Positions 9,744 through 20,715 are shown, counted from the first letter of the stretch. The stretch: DNA of 64,000 nt from Candidatus Latescibacterota bacterium (GCA_965203805.1 OZ241917.1:3360001-3424000); one strand, 5' to 3'. Translations and numbers: made by a program. Notes: generated from the sequence alone by a model not told the origin.

Positions 9744-10670
9744 TCACGCGCGTGGATGAAACGAGCGGTGGACCTCTTTCAGGTATTCCCGATCGACGTG
9801 GGTGTAGATCTGCGTTGTGGAAATGTCCACGTGTCCCAGCATCTCCTGCACGGCGCGGAGGTCGGCGCCGCCCTCCAGCAGATGCGTCGCGAAGGAATGA
9901 CGCATGGTGTGCGGGCTGACCGTCTTCCGGATGCCGGCATCCTGCACGTAGCGCCGCAGGATCTTCCACACGCCCATGCGCGACATGGCCCCGCCCCGGA
10001 AGTTCAGGAAAACCGTGTCTCCCGACGCCAGCCGGCTCAGATCGACTCGCGCGCCCGCCAGATAACGATTGACCCATTCCACGCCTTCCGTCCCGATGGG
10101 CACGATCCGCTCCCGGCTGCCCTTGCCGATCACGCGCACCACCTCCAGGTCGAAGAGGAGGTGCGACCGCTCCAGCCCGGTCAGTTCCGACACCCGGAGA
10201 CCCGCTCCGTACAACATTTCCAGCAATGCGCGGTCGCGCAGCCCCAGAGACGTCTCCACGTCCGGCCCCAACAACAGGCGTTCCACTTCGTAGATATTCA
10301 GCACGTCGGGCAGTTTACGGCCCAGTTTGGGCGACTTCATATGCTCGGTGGGGTCGTTTTCGATCACGCCTTCGGTCTGCAGGAACCGATGAAACATCCG
10401 GACGGCCGTCAGGTTCCGCGCCACGCTGGACGCTTCCAGGCCGAGGTCTCCCAACAGCTGCAATAGCGCGGACACGTCCGCCCGCGACACGTCGACGGGG
10501 GTCCTTACCCCGCGCGCGTCCAGCACGGCGGCGTACCGGTCCAGGTCCCGTGAATAGGCCGATACGGTATTTTCGGCCAGCCCCTGCTCCAGGTGCACGT
10601 AGTCCATGAACCCGCGCAGCGCGTCCCGCCATTCCGCCGACACGCCCCGCTCGCCCGCGTCCGTATCCAT
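9744..10670 (-). CDS. xerD: Tyrosine recombinase XerD
   Basis: GLAENTVSAYSRDL, RDRALLEMLYGAGLRVSEL, GKGSRERIVP, SPHTMRHSFATHLLEGGADLRAVQEMLGHVDISTTQIYTHV, HPRA. Confidence 0.95.
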   Translation of the reverse strand: MDTDAGERGVSAEWRDALRGFMDYVHLEQGLAENTVSAYSRDLDRYAAVLDARGVRTPVDVSRADVSALLQLLGDLGLEASSVARNLTAVRMFHRFLQTEGVIENDPTEHMKSPKLGRKLPDVLNIYEVERLLLGPDVETSLGLRDRALLEMLYGAGLRVSELTGLERSHLLFDLEVVRVIGKGSRERIVPIGTEGVEWVNRYLAGARVDLSRLASGDTVFLNFRGGAMSRMGVWKILRRYVQDAGIRKTVSPHTMRHSFATHLLEGGADLRAVQEMLGHVDISTTQIYTHVDREYLKEVHRSFHPRA

Positions 10671-11212
10671 CACGACCGCCATTCCCGCGAACTCCCGCGT
10701 CCACCGTTCTCTTCCAGCGCCAGCAGGGCGGCTTTCCATTCCCCGCCGTACGCGAAACCCGTGAGCGCCCCGGACGCGCCCACGACCCGATGACACGGCA
10801 CAACGATCACGCAGGGGTTCTTTCCGAGCGCGGCGCCCACAGCGCGGGCGGCCTTCGGGCGTCCGATGGCATTCGCGACGTCGCCGTAGGACCGCCGTAC
10901 CCCATACGGAATCTCCCGGGTCGCCTGCCAGACCATGCCCTGGAACGCCGTATGGCCGGAGAGGTCGGGCCGGTCGTGAAACCGCACGGGTTCGCCGGAA
11001 AAATATCCGGCCAGCGCGTTGATGAGGCGCTGCCCATGCTCGCCGGGGGGCGCGCCTTCCACCAGCCTGGGACGGGCGATATCGACCCGCTCGCAACGCC
11101 CCAGCCGGATCGACGCCAGCCTGCCGTCGTCCCAGGTTATCTCGACCCGCCCCAGTCCGGTCATCAGGACGGCGGACTGCAAGGTCGACGCGGTGTGATT
11201 TGCGTTTTTCAT
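10670..11212 (-). CDS. ogt: Methylated-DNA-[protein]-cysteine S-methyltransferase
   Basis: IPYG..SYG, AARAVG and VPCHRVV active site. Confidence 0.93.
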   Translation of the reverse strand: MKNANHTASTLQSAVLMTGLGRVEITWDDGRLASIRLGRCERVDIARPRLVEGAPPGEHGQRLINALAGYFSGEPVRFHDRPDLSGHTAFQGMVWQATREIPYGVRRSYGDVANAIGRPKAARAVGAALGKNPCVIVVPCHRVVGASGALTGFAYGGEWKAALLALEENGGRGSSREWRS

Positions 11213-13089
11213 CGCCCCTTCTCCGTTTCCAACTGTCCCGCGATCTGTTCCGCGAGCCTGGGACCGATGCCCTCTACCGCCGCGAGCTCCGATGCGCCCG
11301 CCTCCCGGATCTTCTTCATCGACCCGAAGTGCGTCAACAGCGCCTTTCGCCTTGCCGGACCCACGCCGTCGAGCTCATCCAGCCGGGAAGCCAGGGTTCG
11401 TTTCCGCCTCAGCTTCCGGTGATAGGTGACCGCGAACCGGTGCGACTCATCCCGGACGGCCTGCAGCAGCTTGAGCGCCGCCGAGACCTTCGGGATATTC
11501 TGCGGCTCCGGGTGGCCGGGCAGGAAGACGTCCTCCAGCCGCTTCGCCAGGCCGATCACGGGCTGTTCCCGAATCCCCAGCTCCTGCAACGCCGCCACCG
11601 CACTGGAAAGCTGCCCCTTCCCGCCGTCGATCAGCAGCAGATCCGGAAACGCCCGCCCCTCCTCCATCAGGCGTTTGAAGCGCCGCGTCACCACCTGCCG
11701 CATCATCGCGAAATCGTCGGGTCCTTCGATGCCCGTGATCCTGAAGTGCCTGTACTCGGACTTCCGGGGCCGGCCATCCACGAAACACACCAGCGACGCC
11801 ACGGGATCCGAACCCTGGAAATTCGAGATGTCCATGGCCTCGATCCGCTTCGGAGGACGTTCGAGGCGCAGGTCGCGCTGGAGCGCGGCGACGGCGGCAG
11901 GCGCCTGGGACCGCCTGTTTTCCCGCCTCAACCGGCGTTCGCTGAGCAACAGCGCGGCGTTGTTCTCGGCCATCTTCACCAGCCGCGCCTTGTCGCCCCG
12001 CTGCGGCACGCGGATTTCCACAAGACCGCCGGCCCGCCCCCGCAACCAATCGAGTACGGTCTCGCGGGATTCGATGTCGCACGGCAGGCAGATCTCCTCC
12101 GGCACGAACGAGGCGGTCAGATAGAGCAACTGCACGAAGGAGCCGACCACGTCGGCCATGGGCGCATCGAGGACGCCGCCGAGGAAATAATGCTGCCGCC
12201 CGATCAGCCTTCCTTCCCGGACCTCCATCACCACGCAGCAGGCTTCGTCGTCTTCCCTGGCAACCGCGATCGTATCCCAGTCCTTCTGTTCCGGGGACAC
12301 CACCTTCTGGCGGTTGGTCGTCTGCTCGAGGTCCTTCAGGCGGTCCCGGTACACCGCGGCCTCTTCGAAATGCTGCCCGGCCGCCGCCTGCCGCATGCGT
12401 TCCTTCAGCGCGGCGACGACCTGGGTGTGGCGTCCCGTTAAAAAAAGCACCGCCTCCCGCACGATCTCGCGGTACTCCGACGCCGAAATCAGCCCCTCGC
12501 AGGGGCCGTCGCATCGTTTGATCTCGTAGTCCAGGCACAGACGGACGTTGTCCGCCGGAAGCGCGTAGTCGCAGCTGCGGACCCGGAACAGCCGGTGCAT
12601 CGTTTCCAGGGTCCGGCGCAGGGCCTTCACGTCCGTATAGGGGCCCAGGTAACGCGAGCCGTCCTTGACCACGTCGCGCGTGAACACGATCCGGGGAAAC
12701 GGCTCATCGGTGATCCTGATAAAGGGGTACTTCTTGTCGTCCTTCAGATTGATATTGTACCGGGGCTTGTGCTCCTTGACTAGGTTGGCTTCCAGGATCA
12801 GGGCCTCCACCTCGGTATCCGCCACGATATATTCCAGGTCTCTCGTGTTGCGTACGAGCGCCCGGAACTGGCGCCGGCCGTCGTCGGCGTTGGACCGGAT
12901 GTACGACTGCGCGCGGCTTCGAAGGCACTTGGCCTTTCCGATGTAGATGATCCGCCCCTGTTCGTCCTTCAACATATAGACGCCGGGTTCCCGCGGCATA
13001 TGCGCCACAATCTCGTTCAGGCGCCGGCGCACGGCCTTTCGGGTCATCTTCACCGGCGCGCCGCCGCGATTATCGGATACCGAATTCAT
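11209..13089 (-). CDS. uvrC: Excinuclease ABC subunit C (start uncertain: 13047, 13089 or 13092)
   Basis: GIY-YIG (PGVY..IYIGKAK), UVR domain (FEEAAVYRD), RNase H-like domain (DISNFQG, DDFAMM, LIDGGKGQL) and C-terminal HhH motifs. Confidence 0.96.
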   Translation of the reverse strand: MNSVSDNRGGAPVKMTRKAVRRRLNEIVAHMPREPGVYMLKDEQGRIIYIGKAKCLRSRAQSYIRSNADDGRRQFRALVRNTRDLEYIVADTEVEALILEANLVKEHKPRYNINLKDDKKYPFIRITDEPFPRIVFTRDVVKDGSRYLGPYTDVKALRRTLETMHRLFRVRSCDYALPADNVRLCLDYEIKRCDGPCEGLISASEYREIVREAVLFLTGRHTQVVAALKERMRQAAAGQHFEEAAVYRDRLKDLEQTTNRQKVVSPEQKDWDTIAVAREDDEACCVVMEVREGRLIGRQHYFLGGVLDAPMADVVGSFVQLLYLTASFVPEEICLPCDIESRETVLDWLRGRAGGLVEIRVPQRGDKARLVKMAENNAALLLSERRLRRENRRSQAPAAVAALQRDLRLERPPKRIEAMDISNFQGSDPVASLVCFVDGRPRKSEYRHFRITGIEGPDDFAMMRQVVTRRFKRLMEEGRAFPDLLLIDGGKGQLSSAVAALQELGIREQPVIGLAKRLEDVFLPGHPEPQNIPKVSAALKLLQAVRDESHRFAVTYHRKLRRKRTLASRLDELDGVGPARRKALLTHFGSMKKIREAGASELAAVEGIGPRLAEQIAGQLETEKGR

Positions 13090-13099
13090 CATCCATACC

Positions 13100-13330
13100 C
13101 TGGAAACGACGAAACACGCGAAAAAGACGAAAAATCCCTGGCTGAAAGCAATGGCCGCAAGAGGCACGAAAACACAGAATGAGAAACCGGATTCCACGAA
13201 CCGCTGAATGCCTGTGTCTGGCGCCGGACTTCCACAATACCCCGGTTATGTTCTCTTCCTTCTGTGTCTTTTGTGCCTTTTGCGCTTTTTGTGGCCGATT
13301 TGACGGTTGTCTTCTTTTGAATTGAGGTTA
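13100..13330. repeat. Degenerate 9-mer tandem repeats in inverted arrangement (family 3)
   Basis: CACGAAAA/CACAGAA-type units at 13105-13185 face TTCTGTGTC/TTTTGTGCC/TTTTGCGC/TTTTTGTGGC at 13259-13295. Confidence 0.6.
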
Positions 13331-13350
13331 TAACCACCGGTCGGCGTTGG

Positions 13351-13845
13351 TCATAAGTCCAGAATCTCGACCTGCAAGCGCTGCAGATCCAGCAGCCCGA
13401 CCGTGGAACGGCCGGTGACCCAGCCGCCTGCCTCTCCGGGATTCACCACCAGGGTTTCGCCGCGACGGACGTCGATCTCGTGGGTATGGCCGTACACGAT
13501 CACGTCGTAGGCGCCGCTTTCGGCCAGCGCGTCCACTTCATCGGGCTCGTGCATCACCAGCAGCCGCCTGCCCTCGCGGTCGAACGCATAGGGCGCCCGG
13601 TGTATGGGACCCAGCGACTCGAACTGGGCGCGAAGGCCGAACCGCTCGCCGTCGTTATTGCCGAACACGCCCACCATGGGCGCGTTCAGGCCCGCCATCC
13701 ACCTGGCGTTGAAGGGCGCGATGAAGTCCCCGGCGTGCAGCACGAGCCCCACCTCTTTCTCATTGAACAAGGTCACCGATTTCTCCACCGAGGTCCGGTT
13801 GTCGTGCGTGTCCGCGATCAGTCCCACCAGATGCGCGTGTGCCAT
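13351..13845 (-). CDS. Metallophosphoesterase, YfcE/MJ0936 family
   Basis: IADTHDN, HAGDF, GNND, GHTH and NPGE motifs. Confidence 0.9.
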   Translation of the reverse strand: MAHAHLVGLIADTHDNRTSVEKSVTLFNEKEVGLVLHAGDFIAPFNARWMAGLNAPMVGVFGNNDGERFGLRAQFESLGPIHRAPYAFDREGRRLLVMHEPDEVDALAESGAYDVIVYGHTHEIDVRRGETLVVNPGEAGGWVTGRSTVGLLDLQRLQVEILDL

Positions 13846-13994
13846 GGAAACCGTCCGTTGGTTTGCGGGTTGCGAAGACTGTTTTTTGACTCGAAACGGG
13901 CGCGGCGCCGGTGGCCGCGGGAGTCAGGACAAACTTACGTCCGTCCCGCGGTTTTGTCAACCGATGGGCGCGTGTTATGGGTACACCTGGCGGA

Positions 13995-14745
13995 TACAGA
14001 AACACTTCGCCGGTGGCTATTGCAAAACATGTCATTCTGAGCGCAACGAAGAATCTCCCGTCTTCTCTATTGTCCTGTACACAGAAACGCGGTAAACACA
14101 TTGGCGCGGACACATCGCCGGCATCACGCGATGCGGGCAGCACAGCCGTGCAGGCGCAAACGTGCCGCCTCTCAGGTATCGACACGTAAAAGCCGCGAGG
14201 TGATGGTCCCATGCCGCAGTAGATCCTTCGTCGGCCTGCCTGCCGATGAACCGCTGGCAGGCACAGCGGCCTCCTCTGGATGACAGGTTGGGCGAGCGGC
14301 AGACAGGAATGTCTGCCCCACCCTCACACCGACTTCCTCAGCATGGCAGGACTGGCGTAGACTTGACCGGAACACTTCGCTGAACGCTATCGCAAAGCAT
14401 GTCATTCTGAGCGCAGCGAAGAATCTCCCGTCTTCTCTATTGTCCTGTACACAGAAACGCGGCAAACACATTGGCGCGGACACATCGCCGGCATCACGCG
14501 ATGCGGGCAGCACAGCCGTGCAGGCGCAAACGTGCCGCCTCTCAGGTATCGACACGTAAAAGCCGCGAGGTGATGGTCCCATGCCGCAGTAGATCCTTCG
14601 TCGGCCTGCCTGCCGATGAACCGCTGGCAGGCACAGCGGCCTCCTCTGGATGACAGGTTGGGCGAAGGCAGACAGGAATGTCTGCCTGCCTGCGCCTGCC
14701 AGTCACGCTTTGGCAGGCAGGCCCCACCCTCACACCGGCTTCTGC
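13995..14745. repeat. Family-2 palindromic array with two tandem copies at a 370-bp period
   Basis: GTCATTCTGAGCGCA(A/G)CGAAGAATCT at 14031 and 14401, followed by ~260 bp of near identity including AGATCCTTCGTC...CTGGATGAC. CAGACAGGAATGTCTG follows each copy. Confidence 0.92.
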
Positions 14746-14919
14746 AGAGTTCAGCCGCACGTATCAGGGGCGCGTCTCGATGCCCGCTCCCGATCAATCA
14801 TCACGATGTTTATGTTGACAAGCACGATGGATTATGTGAATTTTGAGACCGTCCATAACGTGGGCGGGAGTCGGGGCGGCGCGGAAGTCGTCCCGACCGC
14901 CGTTAATGAGGAAAATTCA

Positions 14920-15843
14920 ATGCCGGTTTTGAAGATCGCGCTGCCGTCCGGCAGCCTCCAGGATGCCACCCTCAATCTGTTCGCGAACGCCGGCTATCGC
15001 ATTCTCGCCAACCACAGGTCCTACACGCCGTCGATCGACGATCCGGACCTGGAGGGCCTGTTCCTGCGCGCGCAGGAAATCGCCTATTACGTGGAGCGCG
15101 GCGTACTCGACGTCGGCCTGACCGGCAAAGACTGGATCCTGGAAAACGACGCCGACGTTGTCGAGGTTGCGGAACTCCCGTACAGCAAATCCACCGCACG
15201 GCCGGCGCGCTGGGTGATCGCCGTACCGGAGGAGTCGCCGGTTCGCACCGTGAACGACCTCCAGGGCAGACGTATCGCGACCGAACTGGTGAACGCGACC
15301 CGGAAATTTCTCGCAGACCGGGGCGTGCAGGCCGAGGTGGAATTCTCCTGGGGGTCCACGGAAGCCAAGGTCCGTACGGCGGGCGGTCCGAGTGGAAACG
15401 CGGAGGACGACAGGGCCTACGAGCCGGGGCTGGTGGACGCCATCGTTGAACTCACGGAAACCGGTTCCTCGATCCGGGCCAACAAACTTCGGATTGTGGA
15501 GGACCTGCTGGAAACCACCCCCCGCTTCATTGCCAACAAGGACGCGTGGGACGATCCCTGGAAACGCGAGAAGGCGGAGAATATCGCCACGCTGCTTGTG
15601 GGCGCCTTTCAGGCCGAAGACAAGGTGGGCCTCAAGATGAACGTCCGCCGGAAAGACCTGGACGCGGTCGTCGGGCTGCTTCCGGCGCTGAACAACCCCA
15701 CCATTTCGAATCTGCTGGACGGCGACTGGGTGGCCGTGGAGGTGGTCGTTGACGAACGCGTCGTGCGCGACACCGTGCCCATGCTGAAGAACAAAGGCGC
15801 TGAAGGCATTATCGAATACCCATTGAACAAAGTGATCTACTGA
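14920..15843 (+). CDS. hisG: ATP phosphoribosyltransferase, long form
   Basis: [37 protein letters not shown] and the C-terminal regulatory domain. GAGGA RBS. Confidence 0.95.
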   Translation: MPVLKIALPSGSLQDATLNLFANAGYRILANHRSYTPSIDDPDLEGLFLRAQEIAYYVERGVLDVGLTGKDWILENDADVVEVAELPYSKSTARPARWVIAVPEESPVRTVNDLQGRRIATELVNATRKFLADRGVQAEVEFSWGSTEAKVRTAGGPSGNAEDDRAYEPGLVDAIVELTETGSSIRANKLRIVEDLLETTPRFIANKDAWDDPWKREKAENIATLLVGAFQAEDKVGLKMNVRRKDLDAVVGLLPALNNPTISNLLDGDWVAVEVVVDERVVRDTVPMLKNKGAEGIIEYPLNKVIY

Positions 15844-17138
15844 TGATCGACGTTGTCGTCCACGACGTGGAGAATCCGCCCGCGAGACTCCAGGCCATCC
15901 TTTCCCGGACCACCGATTTCGATCCTGAATTGCTGGCCTCGGCGCAGGAGGTCGTCCTGGACGTGAGAGAACGCGGGGACGACGCGGTCCTGGAATACAC
16001 CCGTCAATTCGACGGCGCGGAACTCGACGCGGGCCGGATGCGGGTGCCCCAGCCGGAAATCGAAGCCGCTTACCGCGGCACGGACCCGGACCTCATCAGG
16101 ACCATCACCGCGGCGGCGGACAACATCCGGCGGTTTCACAGCGAGCAGAAACAGACGTCGTGGTTCATCGAAGACGGCGACGGCGTGGTGCTCGGCAGAC
16201 GCGTGCTCCCCATCGAGCAGGTCGGCATTCTCATCCCCGGCGCCAGCGCCCCGCTCTTCTCCACGCTCCTGATGGCCGCCATTCCCGCCGGTATCGCGGG
16301 CGTGACGCGAATCTGCATGGCCACGCCCCCGCGGCCCGACGGGTCCGTGCATCCCGCCGTACTCGCGGCCGCGCATATCGTGGGCGTCAGTGAAATCTAC
16401 CGGGTTTTCGGCGCCCAGGCCGTTGCCGCCCTGGCCTACGGCACCGCCTCCATCCCCAGGGTGGACAAACTCGTGGGCCCCGGCCACCCCTCCGTCCAGA
16501 TCGCCAAAAAACTGGTCTTCGGGACGGTCGACATCGACATGGTTGCCGGCCCCAGCGAAATTGTCGTTCTGGCCGACGAAAGCGCCAACCCGAGACACGT
16601 CGCCGCCGACCTGTTGGCCCAGGCCGAACACGGAAGCGGGTTCGAGGCCGCCGTATGCATCACGCCGAGCCACGACCTCGCCGGACGGGTCGCGGACGAA
16701 GTCGAACGGCAGGCCGCCCGGCTGGACCGCCGCGACGACGTCCGCAGGGCCCTTCGCAATTTCGGCGCGGTGGTGGTGGTAAAGGATCTGGACGAAGGCA
16801 TCGCGCTGGCCAATCGGATCGCCCCGGAACACCTGGAACTCCTGGTGCGCGACCCCTGGGGATGCCTGGACGACGTCCGCCACGCGGGCGCGGTCTTTAT
16901 GGGCGCCGCCTCGTCCGAACCGGTGGGCGATTACTACGCGGGCGTGAACCACATCCTGCCCACCGCCGGCGCCGCGCGCTTCGCCTCGCCGGTGGGCGTG
17001 GATACCTTTCTGAAGAGCGCGAGCATCGTCTCCTACACGGACAGGCGCCTGAAGAAAACGGCCGGCGACATCATCGCGCTGGCCGAAGCCGAGGGACTGG
17101 GCGCGCACGCCAACGCCATCCGTGTCCGGCGGGAATAG
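15843..17138 (+). CDS. hisD: Histidinol dehydrogenase
   Basis: [48 protein letters not shown] and AEAEGLGAH motifs. Confidence 0.96.
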   Translation: MIDVVVHDVENPPARLQAILSRTTDFDPELLASAQEVVLDVRERGDDAVLEYTRQFDGAELDAGRMRVPQPEIEAAYRGTDPDLIRTITAAADNIRRFHSEQKQTSWFIEDGDGVVLGRRVLPIEQVGILIPGASAPLFSTLLMAAIPAGIAGVTRICMATPPRPDGSVHPAVLAAAHIVGVSEIYRVFGAQAVAALAYGTASIPRVDKLVGPGHPSVQIAKKLVFGTVDIDMVAGPSEIVVLADESANPRHVAADLLAQAEHGSGFEAAVCITPSHDLAGRVADEVERQAARLDRRDDVRRALRNFGAVVVVKDLDEGIALANRIAPEHLELLVRDPWGCLDDVRHAGAVFMGAASSEPVGDYYAGVNHILPTAGAARFASPVGVDTFLKSASIVSYTDRRLKKTAGDIIALAEAEGLGAHANAIRVRRE

Positions 17139-17227
17139 ACCCGGAAGCATTCACCACCGCCCGCCCGCGCAACCGCCGCTTTCCGGTGAGGCCGCGGGCG
17201 AGGCGTTCTCGTTTTGAATCCTGCGCC

Positions 17228-18307
17228 ATGATCGATCCGCCCCTGCAACGCATCAAACCGGAAATCCGTTCGGTGGACGGGTACCACCTGACGCACTACG
17301 ACTGTCCGGTAAAGCTGAATCAGAACGAAAGCCCGTTCGACATTCCGGACGATCTGAAAAACGAGATCCTGGAAGCCGTCCGGAAGCGGCCCTGGTTCCG
17401 CTACCCCCAGCCGATGCAGATGGACCTTGTGGAAGCCCTGGCCGGGTACGCCGGCTGGCGCCCTGACGGGATGATCGTGTGCAACGGCTCCAATACCCTG
17501 GTGCAGCTGGTCCTGGCCGTCAGCACCTCTCCCGGCGCGGCCGTGGTGGTCCCCTCCCCCGGTTTCTCGCTGTACGGGCTTTACGCCGGCTTCTTCGGGG
17601 GTCGCGTGGTTCCTGTGGACCTCAGGACGGACCATACGTTCGATCTCCCGGGAGTCCGGGAAGCCGTCAGGCGGGAATCGGCAAACATGGTCGTATTCGG
17701 CTCGCCCAACAACCCCACCGGCTGTGTCGTTTCCAATGCGGACCTGGAAGCCCTGCTCCGGGAAACCGACGCGCTGGTGATGGTGGACGAAGCCTATGCC
17801 GAGTTCAGCGACGAGACCGCGCGCGACCTGATCTCCGAGTACGCCAACCTCATCGTATTGAAGACCTTTTCGAAAGCCCTGGGCGCCGCGGGCATCCGCA
17901 TCGGCTACCTGATGGCGCATCCGGGCATTGCGGGAGAGGTCCTGAAAGCCAAGGTCCCGTTCGACGTCAACGTCTTCTCTCATACGGCGGCGCTGCACAT
18001 TCTGAAACACGACCGCCTGATCCGTGAACGCGTGGGGATCATTCGCAAGGAACGCGAGCGGGTATTCGCGGCGCTGAGGAACATCGACGGCGTACGCCCC
18101 TACGCGTCGCATGCCAACTTCATCCTCTTCGAAGTCGGCAACCCGGTCCGGGTCTTCGAGCGGCTGATCGAAAGCGGCATCCTCATCCGCAACGTGACGT
18201 CCTATCCGCGGCTCGAAAACGCCCTGCGCGTCAGCATCGGCGGCGCCGGGGAAAACACCCTGTTTTTGAACGCGCTCGAACAGACACTCGACGATTCGTG
18301 TGTGTAA
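17228..18307 (+). CDS. hisC: Histidinol-phosphate aminotransferase
   Basis: KLNQNESP, SPNNPTG, VDEAYAEF and KTFSKALGAAGIRIGY (PLP Lys). The true start is ATG 17228. Confidence 0.95.
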   Translation: MIDPPLQRIKPEIRSVDGYHLTHYDCPVKLNQNESPFDIPDDLKNEILEAVRKRPWFRYPQPMQMDLVEALAGYAGWRPDGMIVCNGSNTLVQLVLAVSTSPGAAVVVPSPGFSLYGLYAGFFGGRVVPVDLRTDHTFDLPGVREAVRRESANMVVFGSPNNPTGCVVSNADLEALLRETDALVMVDEAYAEFSDETARDLISEYANLIVLKTFSKALGAAGIRIGYLMAHPGIAGEVLKAKVPFDVNVFSHTAALHILKHDRLIRERVGIIRKERERVFAALRNIDGVRPYASHANFILFEVGNPVRVFERLIESGILIRNVTSYPRLENALRVSIGGAGENTLFLNALEQTLDDSCV

Positions 18308-18327
18308 CCGGTTCAATTGTTGTAAAC

Positions 18328-18414
18328 TCGTTTTCTCGCGCTTTTTCGTCTTCTCGTCTTCTCGTGCTTTCTCGTCTTCTCGTTTTCTCGCATTTTTTCG
18401 TCTTCTCGTTTTCG
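18328..18414 (+). repeat. Tandem 8/9-mer (T(C/T)TTCTCG-like) tract between hisC and hisB
   Basis: About ten degenerate units of TCTTCTCG/TTTTCTCG/TTTTTCG. Confidence 0.7.
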
Positions 18415-18446
18415 AAGTGTGTCACGATTCAGGAAGGTAGATCCCC

Positions 18447-19040
18447 ATGCCGGTTCTTCGCACCGCCCGCATCCAGCGCAAGACGTCGGAAACCGACATC
18501 GATCTCAGGCTGAACCTGGACGGTTCGGGCGAGAGCCGGCTGGAAACGGGCATCGGTTTTTTCGACCACATGCTCAACGCCTTCGCCCGGCATGGCGGTT
18601 TCGACCTGGACGTGGCCTGCCGGGGCGACCTGGACGTGGACGCGCACCATACCGTTGAAGACGTAGGCATCTGTCTCGGGCAGGCGTTCCTGGAGGCGCT
18701 GGGCGACAAGGCCGGCATTACGCGCTTCGGACACAGTTTCGTCCCCATGGACGAAGCCCTGGCGCGCGCGGCCGTCGACCTTTCGGGCCGGCCCTTCCTG
18801 GTCTTCAACGCGGACCTGCCCGACGAGATGGTCGGCGCGTATCCGACGGCGATGAGCCCGGAGTTCTTCCGGTCCCTCGCGGACCACGGGCGCCTGAACG
18901 CGCACATCGACCTGATTCGCGGGACAAACGCCCACCACGCCACAGAAGCCGTTTTCAAGGCCGTCGGCCGGGCGCTCCGCCAGGCATGCGGGCAGGACCC
19001 CGGCGTTGTGGGAATTCCTTCGACCAAGGGCGTGTTGTAG
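18447..19040 (+). CDS. hisB: Imidazoleglycerol-phosphate dehydratase
   Basis: TGIGFFDHML, DAHHTVEDVG, PMDEAL, NAHHATEAVFK and PSTKGVL motifs. Confidence 0.96.
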   Translation: MPVLRTARIQRKTSETDIDLRLNLDGSGESRLETGIGFFDHMLNAFARHGGFDLDVACRGDLDVDAHHTVEDVGICLGQAFLEALGDKAGITRFGHSFVPMDEALARAAVDLSGRPFLVFNADLPDEMVGAYPTAMSPEFFRSLADHGRLNAHIDLIRGTNAHHATEAVFKAVGRALRQACGQDPGVVGIPSTKGVL

Positions 19041-19066
19041 GTCTCCCCGCCCGAACCGGGTTCAGC

Positions 19067-19609
19067 ATGACTGTTGACAAGGCGTCGCCCGCGACCTCCC
19101 GATTCGATCCTGATGCCGCGGGCCGGAAGGTCCTTACCCTGGAACAGGCCCGACGGGTCCGGCAGCGCCTGAAGCGGCGCCGCGCCAGGCTGGTTTTCAC
19201 GAACGGCTGCTTCGACCTGATCCATCCCGGCCACGTCGCTTTCCTGCAGCGGGCCCGCTCGCTTGGCGACGCGCTCCTCCTGGGCCTCAACAGCGACGAC
19301 TCCGTCCGGCGCATCAAGGGCCGGGGCCGCCCGATTCTCTCGGTCGAGGAACGGATCGGCGTGCTCTCGGGCCTGGAAGCCGTGGATTATATCTGCGTGT
19401 TCGCCGAGGACACACCGCACCATATCGTCCGGGAACTCCTGCCCGACGTCCTCGTCAAGGGCGGGGACTATTCGCCGGACCAGATCGTCGCCCGCGAGGT
19501 GGTCGAAGACGCCGGCGGCCGCGCGGCCACCGTGTCCACCGCGTTCAACACCTCCACCACCGTCCTCATCGAACGCGTCCTGAAGGCCGTCCAGACGGGT
19601 TCGCAATGA
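19067..19609 (+). CDS. rfaE2: D-glycero-beta-D-manno-heptose 1-phosphate adenylyltransferase (RfaE domain II)
   Basis: VFTNGCFDLIHPGH, GLNSDDSVRRIKG, PDVLVKGGDY and STT motifs. Confidence 0.9.
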   Translation: MTVDKASPATSRFDPDAAGRKVLTLEQARRVRQRLKRRRARLVFTNGCFDLIHPGHVAFLQRARSLGDALLLGLNSDDSVRRIKGRGRPILSVEERIGVLSGLEAVDYICVFAEDTPHHIVRELLPDVLVKGGDYSPDQIVAREVVEDAGGRAATVSTAFNTSTTVLIERVLKAVQTGSQ

Positions 19610-20715
19610 AAATCCTCCACACGATATACGACGACGTGGAGAATCCCTGGTGCGGTGGCGGCGGCGCGGTCCGGGCCATGGAAATCAACCGCCGCCTCGC
19701 CGCCAAACACGACATCACGCTCCTGACGGGGAACTTTCCCGGGGCCGCACGGGAGGAAGACCGCGACGGGATCCGGATACGCCGGGTGGGGACGAGCCGG
19801 AACTATTGGCTCAGCCGCCTGAGCTTTTCGGCGCTGGCGCCGCGGGTGCTGGCGGCAAGGCCCTTCGACCTCTGGGTGTACGACTTTTCCGCATTCTCGC
19901 CCGTATGCGCCCTTCCCTCCCGTCAGGCGCGGTCGGTGATGGTCTTTCACCATCCCATATCCGACCACGCCACGCGGAAATATCCCGGCATCGGCATGGC
20001 GGCGGCCGCCGCCGAAGGCCTTCACACCCGGCTGCACCGCCGGATCATCGCGGTTTCTCCAAGCACGGCCCTGCACCTGAAAGCGCGCGCGCGTCCGAAC
20101 ACTCCCGTCCATACGATTTGCAACGGCGTGAACCGACCGGCGGCGCCGGAAACGCGCGAAGAGGACTATATCCTCTTTTTCGGGCGTCTGGACGTCTACA
20201 ATAAGGGCATCGACGTCCTGCTTGCCGCGTTCGCCAGGCTCATGCCCTCGCATCCCGACATCCGCCTGGTCATCGCGGGACGGGGTACCGAAGCGCGACG
20301 GGGCGAGCTGTCGGACGTCTCCCGGTCTCTGGGCGCATCGGACCGCGTGGAACTGACGGGGCCTGTCACGGAAGCGGAAAAATGGAACCTCTACGGGGGC
20401 GCGTTGTTCACCTGTCAGCCCTCCCGTTTCGAGGGCTGGGGCATCGCCGCCATCGAGTCCGGCGCCGCGGGGAAAGCGGTGATCGGCACACGGATCCCGG
20501 GGCTCGTCGACGCGATCCAACACGACCGGACCGGCCTGCTCGTGCCCGCGGAGGACCCGGACGCCCTCGCGGAGGCCATGACACACCTCCTGGAGAATCC
20601 CCGGTGCCGCGCGGAAATGGGCCGCCGCGGCAGCGCATGGGCCGCCAACTTTTCCTGGGACCGGATCGCCGCCGAACAGGAGCGGGTCTACGTTCAGTCG
20701 CTCCAGGGACGGTGA
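19606..20715 (+). CDS. GT4 glycosyltransferase
   Basis: GRLDVYNKGID and PSRFEGWGIAAIE motifs. ATGA overlap with rfaE2. Confidence 0.9.
   Translation: MKILHTIYDDVENPWCGGGGAVRAMEINRRLAAKHDITLLTGNFPGAAREEDRDGIRIRRVGTSRNYWLSRLSFSALAPRVLAARPFDLWVYDFSAFSPVCALPSRQARSVMVFHHPISDHATRKYPGIGMAAAAAEGLHTRLHRRIIAVSPSTALHLKARARPNTPVHTICNGVNRPAAPETREEDYILFFGRLDVYNKGIDVLLAAFARLMPSHPDIRLVIAGRGTEARRGELSDVSRSLGASDRVELTGPVTEAEKWNLYGGALFTCQPSRFEGWGIAAIESGAAGKAVIGTRIPGLVDAIQHDRTGLLVPAEDPDALAEAMTHLLENPRCRAEMGRRGSAWAANFSWDRIAAEQERVYVQSLQGR

Noticed and set aside
9744-10670. Prophage or island integrase
   Set aside because: The sequence is a typical chromosomal XerD in a housekeeping operon, with no phage genes or att/tRNA context.
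14815-14845. Sigma70 promoter for hisG (TTGACA at 14815)
   Set aside because: No convincing -10 hexamer at 16-18 bp spacing, so it was not called. No His-codon leader peptide was seen either.
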